A DNA stretch of 33,942 bases from a virus. Lineage: Duplodnaviria > Caudoviricetes. Below, one piece after another: positions 26,143-33,942 of the stretch. A program made the translations under genes and the position numbers. The first letter of the stretch is position 1; each line of letters begins with the position of its first letter. Under the pieces are notes generated by a model, which worked only from the letters and a program-made list of their open reading frames with translations, ran no database searches and was not told where the DNA came from. The stretch covers positions 1 through 33,942 of the IMG/VR virus record IMGVR_UViG_3300037584_004179. One strand, written 5' to 3'.

Positions 26143-28895
26143 TGAATTACTCCTGTGTTTCTAAGTGCATTAGTTGTGTCCTCTTTTGACAAGCTTTGAC
26201 CTCTTAGTCGTGATTGACCAGATTGAGACTCAATAACCCAGCCATTATCTTTAAACATCAAAGGAATGACACTTTCGTCCCCGCCATTCGACAGGTATCT
26301 TTCAAATTCACTATTCATAACTGTTCTCATTTCGTCTCCAAAACTTTCATAGTTTTTAAGCACAAGCCCTCTGTCACCAAAGAATGGGAATATTTGTGTT
26401 CTCTCTGCTGCGTTATTAATATCACTGACAGCAAGTCTATCACCACCCTTGTTTGCGTGTGCAACTAAATACTTCATACGCTGTTCAATAATAAGAAGTT
26501 CAGCTAAAGCTCTTTTTTTATCAGCAAAGTCAGGTGCATTTTTGTCAAGTTTATATTTTCTTGCTACTATATCTACATAACCAGGTTTTGATACTGCAGC
26601 CATATCGTTTTTAAACTTTCTTATGACCTGCTCTGAATTTTTCTTCTCCCAATCTTTACCATATAATTGTTCAAGTTCCTCTGCGGTTTTTGCTGCTTCT
26701 GCTGCATCTAACCCATCACCTACAGTTAAAGTTGCCAAACTTTTTACAAAACTGTCATTAACTTGATTATAATTTAAATATTCATTACCTTGTCTTCCTG
26801 TGATATAATCATTTGCGTTTGTGCCACCAAGTGCTCTTGATAATTTTGGACCAACACCAGGCACTTGCGATAAAGTATCTGTCAACTTTCCATACAATAC
26901 TTGCAGTTCACCACTTAGGCCAATGATATCTGCGCCATGTTTTTTAACTATTTCTTGTACTGTTCTTGAGTAACGCATGGCTTCAGCAGCGTTTTTCATT
27001 CTATTTAAACTTTTAGCTTGAAGTGTTGGGTTATTTTGCACTTCTCTTAATTTGTCAACCATAACAGGTAAGCCTTTGTCATCTAAATAAGGTATAAGAC
27101 CTCTTCTCATATTACCATTTGCGTCCACATAGTCTCCATATATCATAGGGTCTTTGTTTTTATTGAAATATACAGTGGCTCCACGTCTACCAAGAAAAGC
27201 ATTAGGATCTTCAATTAAATATTTTTTACCATTACCATCAGCTTGTGTTAATTCTGCCATACGTTTTACTCTAGCTGCTTCTGCTTTTGCATTTAATTCT
27301 TTAGAGAGTTTGTCTAATTCAAAAGCGTTCTGAGCTGCTTGTCTTTCATTCTGATATTGTCTTTCTTCTATTTGTTGAGCAAGACCTAATTTTGATACAA
27401 ATATATTTTTATCATTAGCAGCCGTAGTAGCATCAAAAGCTTTTTCATAATCCATGTATTTTTCAGCCATAACTCTAGCATTGGCTTTTTCATTTTGATC
27501 AATAGCCATGATATCATCAGCTAAGGCAGAAGAGGATCTACCTAACACATCAAAAAAACCAGACATACCAGTTTGTGATGTTTTTGCACTCATCATTCGC
27601 ATAGCCCATTTGAATATTGCCATATCTCTATAATTATTAGTACCATCGTCTCCAGTCATCTCTTGATAAGTTTTTTTATACTCGTCAAAAGATTGTTTTT
27701 GTCTTTCATCGAGTTTATTTTCATAATCAGCTATTAAAGCTGCTGAACTCATCATATCCTTGTTTTGTTCTTCAGCTATAGTTGCTGCTGTTCCCAGTGA
27801 TGATTCACCTGTATCTAATTTTATTGTACTAAGTGTTTTACCATTAGCTCTTGCAAAATCCTCATCAAATTGTATCTGTGTTTCTCTCGCAAGTGCACCT
27901 TGTCCACCACCTATTATTTCATTATAAAGTTCTGGATCTTCATTTCTTCTAATCACATCACTAATTGAAACATCTTGTTTGTCTTTTTGTATTTGATCTG
28001 ACGCTTCTCCATATAATTTATTTAAATTTTCACTGTTTACAAGAAGTTGTTTTTGATCAGGTTGAGAAACTGTAGCCTCTGCTTGACTAACTATGTTTTG
28101 TTCAGTTGCATCCTTTACTGTGTCATCAATTATTTGTTCTTCATCTTCTGGAGTTGGTGGAGATAAACCTAATTCAGATGCTGTTTTTGGTTTACTTGGG
28201 TCAAACATTTCTTGACCTTCAGCATTCTCTGGTAACATCATATAACCAGCAGCTATTGGAATTTCTGATAAGAAAGGATTTTTTTTAACAAAATCAGGAG
28301 TCAATTCACCTGCTAGTTTTGTAACACCAGTCTTACCTGCAGATCCTTTAGCTAATGATTTAGGATTTCTTTCGACCATCCCCATTGGTTCATTTAATCT
28401 TCTAAAACCTCTACTGTACAAATATGCGCCTGGTCGCAAAAAAGGCACTGATGCAGCTGTTTCTAAACCACTACCAAGAGCCTCTATGCCTTTAGCTTTT
28501 GCTCCCTCAACATCACCTTCCATAAAATCACTTGCAGCCATAGCTGTATCACCAACAGTTTTACCACCATAAAAAATACCATAAGGCACAGAAGCTGCTG
28601 ACAGTGTTCTACCTATACCTTGACCAATTGGTGATTTTTCAATTGCTTTACCCGCTCGTTTTGCAAGTCTTGCAGCTGGGGACTGACCTATTCTGCCTGC
28701 AAGTTCAGCACCTCTTTGCATAACTGGTTGTGCTGCTTGTCTAAGACCCATAGCATACGGAGATAAATAAGGTGCAACTCTAGCACCTAGTTGCAGAAGA
28801 GGATTTATGAACATACCAGCCATATGTCCTGGCACCTGTTTCGTGGCTATTTGATATTTATGCCTGAACAATTTTCTTTTTAAAGTTTTGCTCAT
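26139..28895 (-). CDS. Putative internal virion protein, 918 aa
   Basis: N-terminal LKRKLFR, coiled-coil segments, position in the ejection module. Confidence 0.7.
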   Translation of the reverse strand: MSKTLKRKLFRHKYQIATKQVPGHMAGMFINPLLQLGARVAPYLSPYAMGLRQAAQPVMQRGAELAGRIGQSPAARLAKRAGKAIEKSPIGQGIGRTLSAASVPYGIFYGGKTVGDTAMAASDFMEGDVEGAKAKGIEALGSGLETAASVPFLRPGAYLYSRGFRRLNEPMGMVERNPKSLAKGSAGKTGVTKLAGELTPDFVKKNPFLSEIPIAAGYMMLPENAEGQEMFDPSKPKTASELGLSPPTPEDEEQIIDDTVKDATEQNIVSQAEATVSQPDQKQLLVNSENLNKLYGEASDQIQKDKQDVSISDVIRRNEDPELYNEIIGGGQGALARETQIQFDEDFARANGKTLSTIKLDTGESSLGTAATIAEEQNKDMMSSAALIADYENKLDERQKQSFDEYKKTYQEMTGDDGTNNYRDMAIFKWAMRMMSAKTSQTGMSGFFDVLGRSSSALADDIMAIDQNEKANARVMAEKYMDYEKAFDATTAANDKNIFVSKLGLAQQIEERQYQNERQAAQNAFELDKLSKELNAKAEAARVKRMAELTQADGNGKKYLIEDPNAFLGRRGATVYFNKNKDPMIYGDYVDANGNMRRGLIPYLDDKGLPVMVDKLREVQNNPTLQAKSLNRMKNAAEAMRYSRTVQEIVKKHGADIIGLSGELQVLYGKLTDTLSQVPGVGPKLSRALGGTNANDYITGRQGNEYLNYNQVNDSFVKSLATLTVGDGLDAAEAAKTAEELEQLYGKDWEKKNSEQVIRKFKNDMAAVSKPGYVDIVARKYKLDKNAPDFADKKRALAELLIIEQRMKYLVAHANKGGDRLAVSDINNAAERTQIFPFFGDRGLVLKNYESFGDEMRTVMNSEFERYLSNGGDESVIPLMFKDNGWVIESQSGQSRLRGQSLSKEDTTNALRNTGVIQ

Positions 28896-29977
28896 TATTT
28901 ACCGCCTGTAATACCTGTTCCACCAAGAACATCAAAGGCTTTATAAGCTCCAACACCTGCTCCGACAGCTTGAGCAAATGGATTAACACCCGGTCCTGTA
29001 CCAGCTGTAACTTGTGAAGCAGCAGTTGGTAGGGCAGTCATAATCCCTTTTTGAAATTCTATTCTTTGGAAAGGCTCATAGGCTCTAGCTACGTCTGTTT
29101 GTCTTTCAGCAGTTAGTGCTCTTTGTGCAAGGTCTCTTTGTATAGCACCTGCTTGTAACTGACTTTGGACATCTCTTTGTTGCATTTGCTGTTGTTGTGT
29201 GGCCATATCAGAGAACCCTTTTGCTTGATTTAATAAAGCTTGTTGTTGAAAAGCTTGTTGTTGTTGAGCAGCTCCTAGTGCAGCTTGAAAACCTTGACCT
29301 CTAAGTTGACCTATTTGTGATAATCTACCACGCTCTTGTTCTGCTAATTGAACACCTTCACGTCCACCACCAAAAGCACCTGCTTGTATTGCTTGAGCAG
29401 CTACGGACTGCTCTTTCATTTGTGCTTGTCTGTTTATTTCATCTATGGTGTATCTTTCGTAAGGGTTGAAAAATGCATCAATGTCTGGTCCTTGAAGAGC
29501 CTGAGCACCTGCTTGTTGTAAAGCACCTAAGCCTTCTTGTAAAGCTGGTAAACCAACACCAGTTGTTTGAGCAATACTAAAACCTTGTTGTTCTAAAGGG
29601 GATGCCCCAGCTACTTGATAAGCAGGAACACCTATTGGAACTTTAGATAATTCAATAGCTTCATCATACAAAGCTAATTTTCTAGACTCAATGTCAGGAG
29701 CCTCTCTTGAATATGTTGTTTGTGTTGTATTAGCTGGTTGCGATGGTGCAGGAGCAGGTTGACCACCACCGCCACCACCTTTTCCGTATTGTCTCAATCC
29801 AGTACATTCGTTAATAGTACCTGATCCACCTGCTAATTTTAAAAGTTTTGCTTCATCTTTATTTATATGCGCAAGTTCAGTGTCTCCACATGTTCCTTTA
29901 TTTGCAATATCTTTGTAAAGAATATTTAATAACCATATTTTTAATTTGTTTGGTAATACTTTAAGCAAAAATTTCAT
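28895..29977 (-). CDS. Putative DNA-transfer / pilot protein (Gln/Ala/Gly-rich)
   Basis: GGGGG linker, FFNPY..AGAFGGGR motif, N-terminal GDTELAHIN..GGSGTIN..TGL motif. Confidence 0.7.
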   Translation of the reverse strand: MKFLLKVLPNKLKIWLLNILYKDIANKGTCGDTELAHINKDEAKLLKLAGGSGTINECTGLRQYGKGGGGGGQPAPAPSQPANTTQTTYSREAPDIESRKLALYDEAIELSKVPIGVPAYQVAGASPLEQQGFSIAQTTGVGLPALQEGLGALQQAGAQALQGPDIDAFFNPYERYTIDEINRQAQMKEQSVAAQAIQAGAFGGGREGVQLAEQERGRLSQIGQLRGQGFQAALGAAQQQQAFQQQALLNQAKGFSDMATQQQQMQQRDVQSQLQAGAIQRDLAQRALTAERQTDVARAYEPFQRIEFQKGIMTALPTAASQVTAGTGPGVNPFAQAVGAGVGAYKAFDVLGGTGITGGK

Positions 29978-30380
29978 ATGCATATCCTGTTAGTTTCATT
30001 GTTTGTTTTTGTTCTTTCAACACTTTTATCCATCCTTTTCTGCCACAACATTCAATAATATCTAAACCTAAACTTTGTGCATATTTTATAAAGTAATCTT
30101 CTATCTCTTTTAAATACCTACAAACTTTTTTTCCTCCAATAAATAAAAAACCCAAAACTACTTTAGCTGGATAGTAAACTTTTTGTGTTACGACCACAGC
30201 TGTTATTTTTTTTTTATGTGTGATAAGAAACATGGTCATTGTTCCTTGTTTTAAAAGATCGTATGTGGTTTTAAGTGTATGTCTACCATTTGTTTGCACA
30301 ATAACTTTTTTTAACCACCCTTTTACTTGATCCCAAAAAACATCTACACATTCTACACTAACTTGTTTTATCTCCATCAT
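29961..30380 (-). CDS. GNAT-like virion assembly protein (139 aa)
   Basis: FIGG..IE..A..G..IE..GRKGW pattern preceding the ejection genes. Confidence 0.65.
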   Translation of the reverse strand: MMEIKQVSVECVDVFWDQVKGWLKKVIVQTNGRHTLKTTYDLLKQGTMTMFLITHKKKITAVVVTQKVYYPAKVVLGFLFIGGKKVCRYLKEIEDYFIKYAQSLGLDIIECCGRKGWIKVLKEQKQTMKLTGYAYEIFA

Positions 30381-31296
30381 TTACAATGTCATAAATTCTT
30401 TTTAATTGGTCCTGCTGATTATAAAAAAATTTAGCTCCTTTACTTCTCATATCTTTCATATCTTTCGGATTTGCTCCTGTCATGATACCCGCACCTAATA
30501 TTGCATCAGCACGAGAAACAAATTCTCCATCAGCAAGTTGTGCTAACATAGTATCTTCATCTTTATCACCATTACCTGAACCATCTTCAACATAACCCAT
30601 AGCTCGAACATAATTAGTTGAATCATTTTCATCATGATCCGATTTACTTGGTAAGTAATTTACACCACCTTCTCTATATTTAGGAATAAAGTTTACAATA
30701 CCACCTTCGGCTAATTGATATCTAGGTGATTGAAAATTATATAATGATCCTTGTTGACCCGCTGGTTCATCTGCATAAACTGCTCTTTCTCCTATACCTT
30801 GAAGATTACTACGAGCCGCTTGATATGCTTGGGCGTACTCTTCCTCAGAATAAGGTGATGCTTGTTCTAAAGTATCAGCCATAGTTGGAGGAGGGCTTGC
30901 TGATAACGAACTACCTAGTTGTCCTGCTGTTGTACCAACACCAATTGATTGTAATGTTGATAAAGGTGCTCTAGCTACCTGTTGAGCAGCCATATTTGCT
31001 GCTGCTTGTTGTGCAGCTTTTGTAGAACCTGCCATAAAACTAGCTGTTGTACCTGATCCTGTTACTCCTGCTCCAGCGCCTCCTACTGCTCCAGCGCCAC
31101 CACCTGTTGCTCCTGCTGCTCCAGCTCCTGCAGCTGCACCACTTAAACCTTGCATGGCATAACCACCAATACCACCTAGTAATGCACCTAATCCAAATGA
31201 TTTAAAAATATTTCTTCCTGATTCGCCTCTTGCGGCTGCCGAGATAGCTCCTATTCCACCCCCAATTAAAATAGGTAACATTAATCCTTGTAACAT
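30358..31296 (-). CDS. Gly/Ala-rich putative virion protein
   Basis: ATG at 31296 after AGGAG; LAEGG and D..LAQLADGEFV motifs; upstream TTGAAA-17-TAGAAT (31350-31322). Confidence 0.75.
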   Translation of the reverse strand: MLQGLMLPILIGGGIGAISAAARGESGRNIFKSFGLGALLGGIGGYAMQGLSGAAAGAGAAGATGGGAGAVGGAGAGVTGSGTTASFMAGSTKAAQQAAANMAAQQVARAPLSTLQSIGVGTTAGQLGSSLSASPPPTMADTLEQASPYSEEEYAQAYQAARSNLQGIGERAVYADEPAGQQGSLYNFQSPRYQLAEGGIVNFIPKYREGGVNYLPSKSDHDENDSTNYVRAMGYVEDGSGNGDKDEDTMLAQLADGEFVSRADAILGAGIMTGANPKDMKDMRSKGAKFFYNQQDQLKRIYDIVNDGDKTS

Positions 31297-31324
31297 ATAA
31301 ACTCCTAGTCTTTTAAGGTCTATT

Positions 31325-32155
31325 CTACTCTGTATCTGATGATTTTTCAACCTCCTGCTTGTTCATCTCATCATATAAACGGCCGGTATACTGAAACTCA
31401 CCAACATGTGTGATGTAATCCATAATGTAACAATATAATTTACCACCTATATTCTTCCATAAACGGCAGAAAGCAAAGTCTTCTCCGTAATATCTTTTAC
31501 TCTCAGTATCATAATAAGTGTCAAAAAAAGCATAAAAATGTGGTCTATCTTTAAACTCACCATCTATTACAGTTTTTTGTATAATATCCATATTAGGGTA
31601 AGCTTTAATTAATTTATCAAAAACTTGTCTTTGTATTAACATACAACCAGTTGGTGCGTGTGTAACTTCAATAACACCTTCTCTACATTTGACGTCATGT
31701 TCTTCATCTTCTAAAAGTATTGGATATTGATTTATATGAAATTGACATTGTTTAGGGTTTTTAATAAAACCACCTTTTATTTTGTCAATAAGATTTTCCC
31801 ATTTAGCTGTTTTAATTGGATAAGGTTGTGAGATTATTTCTTTATCTTTACTTATCATTTTAAATATGCTTTCAACATCAAAAGCAATATCAGAGTCAAC
31901 AAACAAAAGGTGTGTATAGTCTGTCTGTAAGAAAGCACTTACACATAAGTTTCTCCCTTGCGTAACTAAAGAAGATTTCATTAATTGAAATGTAACAAGT
32001 ATATCTCTTTTCATACATTCTTTTTGTAACTCAAGCATTGTTTGCGTAAAATGTATGGATACTTCACTATGTACAGGAGTAGCTACAAAAAGTTTTATTT
32101 TATATTTATCGGTATTTTTTGATTTATTAATCCAAAGTGGCTTATTGTTTTGCAT
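31325..32155 (-). CDS. Glycosyltransferase, GT-A fold (GT2-like)
   Basis: VATP..SSLV..GRN..HLLFVDSD..TGCMLI.R..GEDFAFC..H.G. Confidence 0.85.
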   Translation of the reverse strand: MQNNKPLWINKSKNTDKYKIKLFVATPVHSEVSIHFTQTMLELQKECMKRDILVTFQLMKSSLVTQGRNLCVSAFLQTDYTHLLFVDSDIAFDVESIFKMISKDKEIISQPYPIKTAKWENLIDKIKGGFIKNPKQCQFHINQYPILLEDEEHDVKCREGVIEVTHAPTGCMLIQRQVFDKLIKAYPNMDIIQKTVIDGEFKDRPHFYAFFDTYYDTESKRYYGEDFAFCRLWKNIGGKLYCYIMDYITHVGEFQYTGRLYDEMNKQEVEKSSDTE

Positions 32156-33071
32156 TTAAAACACCTGTAAGAAAATTTGTCCATTCAAATGCCTTTTTTT
32201 CCCAACAATAAAATCTTTTTACAAAATCTTGTTGTAAAGCCAAATGTTCTTTTATCATAGGTTCGTGAAGCGTGTCCCGTGCTACTTTAATAGCTTCTGC
32301 AAATTGAAAAGCTAGATTATTAAAATTTGTTTCATAGTTAATATATATTGGAAACTCGGATCCTGTTTCATATAAAGCACCATAATTAGTCACAACACAG
32401 TACAAGCCCGCAGCCATAGACTCTAACAAAGAGATGCATGATGTTTCTTCCCAAATACTTGGATAAACATATAAATGATAATTTGGTAATTTTTTTAATA
32501 TAAAATCATTTGGTCTATATCCAATATAATTTACATTAGGTAGTTCTCTTGCTTGATCATATAACTCTTGGTAATTATGATCATTATCTTCTTTAAACTC
32601 ATCTCCATAAACTTCACAACTACTATATACATCAAGCTCAATATTTTCACCCTCAAGATATTGCATAGCACCTAATAAAACATTAAGGCCCCTCCAAGGT
32701 GTGTTATGATGAATGATTCTTAAACGATCACCTTCTTTATAATCTTTTGATTTAGGAAAGTTAGTTACACCATTTTTTATGACATGACATCTGTCGGTTG
32801 GTATACCAAAACACTTTCTATATTCTTCGTAATTCCAATGTGAATTAAAAACATACCAATCATATTTAGTGTGATTATTCTTATCATCAAACCAAGGTTT
32901 AATATTAGGTTGATCTGGTGCATTTTTCTGCCACAGAATATTTACTTTATCTTTAGACAAAGGTGTTTTTTCAGGAACAGATAAACAAATTTGAACACCT
33001 TCTAACAATTCTTTTTTAACATTTTTCATTAAAAAATTATGTTGAAGTTCAGTTCCTCCTAGAGGATTCAA
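32142..33071 (-). CDS. Glycosyltransferase, GT-B fold (GT4-like)
   Basis: GGTE N-terminus, TPWRGL, YPS.WEETSCISLLESMAAG (EX7E). Confidence 0.88.
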   Translation of the reverse strand: MNPLGGTELQHNFLMKNVKKELLEGVQICLSVPEKTPLSKDKVNILWQKNAPDQPNIKPWFDDKNNHTKYDWYVFNSHWNYEEYRKCFGIPTDRCHVIKNGVTNFPKSKDYKEGDRLRIIHHNTPWRGLNVLLGAMQYLEGENIELDVYSSCEVYGDEFKEDNDHNYQELYDQARELPNVNYIGYRPNDFILKKLPNYHLYVYPSIWEETSCISLLESMAAGLYCVVTNYGALYETGSEFPIYINYETNFNNLAFQFAEAIKVARDTLHEPMIKEHLALQQDFVKRFYCWEKKAFEWTNFLTGVLNAKQ

Positions 33072-33253
33072 TCTGTTCCTCCTTCAATATCCAATTGCGG
33101 TACGATAATTGTAACGTCCCTTTGAATCTCTTCTTCAGTTGTTGCAGACATTTTATCCTCGACATCGAACTTTGCTTCATTTTCTGATGCATATACTTTA
33201 CCAGTTCTTTTGTTGATAATCTTAGTTTTTGATTCGCAGTGTATTACTTTCAT
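33068..33253 (-). CDS. Hypothetical protein (61 aa)
   Basis: ORF coupled to the glycosyltransferase gene. Confidence 0.7.
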   Translation of the reverse strand: MKVIHCESKTKIINKRTGKVYASENEAKFDVEDKMSATTEEEIQRDVTIIVPQLDIEGGTD

Positions 33254-33333
33254 ATCAAAAAATTAGGAATATCAAAATATTTATTATTATATATGTTGTC
33301 ATACTTTTAAATTTACATAATTAAAAAATAAAA

Positions 33334-33675
33334 TCAACCATTTTCTTGAGAACGATCAATAAGAGCATAAGATATTATTCCCTGAATCTCATCAGCGGTA
33401 CCTGCTGTCATTTTTATTATATCACCTTCTTCTAACACTAATGTTTGAGATATGATTTGTCTTGTTGTATTAGCTGATATAGAGGCATTATCAATTCTAA
33501 ATGTAGCTGTTGCGCTTGTATCGGTCACTTGTGTTACTAAACTTACTGAGCCAGTAGATCCATTGTGAACTTGTATTTGTTTAACTAAACAACGACCACT
33601 AGTGGGTGAGGTCAAAACACTCACAGTGTCTGTTGTTGTTAATGAAAAACCTTGATTTTTATATTGTATTGTCAT
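33334..33675 (-). CDS. Putative small tail/structural protein (113 aa)
   Basis: Thr/Ser-rich beta pattern with LVLEEGD motif. Confidence 0.7.
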   Translation of the reverse strand: MTIQYKNQGFSLTTTDTVSVLTSPTSGRCLVKQIQVHNGSTGSVSLVTQVTDTSATATFRIDNASISANTTRQIISQTLVLEEGDIIKMTAGTADEIQGIISYALIDRSQENG

Positions 33676-33839
33676 GAGTTCATAAAAAAGTTAAAAGCAT
33701 CTTGTTCGTTTTTCAAATCATTTTGATATGAAAAATTCAATTGGTTTACTAATGTTTCAATACTATAAGACATTTGTCTTTGGTTTTGCATAACATATGT
33801 TTCACTAAGTTGTGGTATCAGTAAATTAATTTTAGCCAT
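33672..33839 (-). CDS. Hypothetical protein (55 aa)
   Basis: Hand-translated MAKINLLIPQ..NQRQ..QLNFSYQ; overlaps both neighbours. Confidence 0.75.
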   Translation of the reverse strand: MAKINLLIPQLSETYVMQNQRQMSYSIETLVNQLNFSYQNDLKNEQDAFNFFMNS

Positions 33840-33942
33840 TATTTTGTTTTCTTTTTATATCTTAGTCTTTGATCTTTTTCAATGCCTTCTAAAATCTTTG
33901 CCTGTTGTGCATGTAGTTTAGTTGCCTTTTTAAGACCTTTAA
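33839..33942 (-). CDS. Partial small basic protein (5' end outside the window)
   Basis: ..KGLKKATKLHAQQAKILE..KKKTK* with TAATG overlap. Confidence 0.55.
   Translation of the reverse strand, partial: KGLKKATKLHAQQAKILEGIEKDQRLRYKKKTK

Noticed and set aside
7079-28288. Other ORF-track entries antisense to long genes (e.g. 7079-7477, 12613-12963, 19224-19508, 24023-24427, 25538-25780)
   Set aside because: They lie inside or largely overlap well-supported genes on the other strand and have shadow-frame composition.
1-33942. Stop-codon recoding, introns or inteins
   Set aside because: Genes tile densely under the standard code with all three stops used as terminators; polA, terL and the helicases are of normal length.

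Overview
AT-rich fragment of a tailed dsDNA phage genome, with almost all genes on the minus strand. The gene content resembles marine podovirus-like phages of low-GC Alphaproteobacteria, such as HTVC023P-type pelagiphages and uncultured marine relatives; that assignment is my recognition, not a search result. In order, the window holds a partial large putative internal-virion protein, terminase large subunit, a ~3 kb block of small early-type genes arranged as repeated promoter cassettes, a VRR-NUC-like nuclease and terminase small subunit. Next come an AT-rich origin-like region, small accessory genes (HNH, Zn fingers, PAPS-reductase/NinC-like) and a replication module (PolA, SF1 helicase, AEP primase, SSB-like, SNF2 helicase, exonuclease). 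The window ends with putative virion/ejection proteins and two glycosyltransferases. The most interesting signals are non-coding or sit under the coding sequence: (1) a strand-polarised (C/A)ACGG heptad motif that reverses orientation in the 4.6-6.7 kb block; (2) an identical TGTTAACAATT motif 5 nt downstream of three -10 boxes, with its complement displayed in a hairpin of an oppositely transcribed leader at 7945-7998; (3) tandem NrdR-box-like sites upstream of terL. I saw no tRNA, rRNA, CRISPR array, integrase or RNA polymerase. All counts are by hand.
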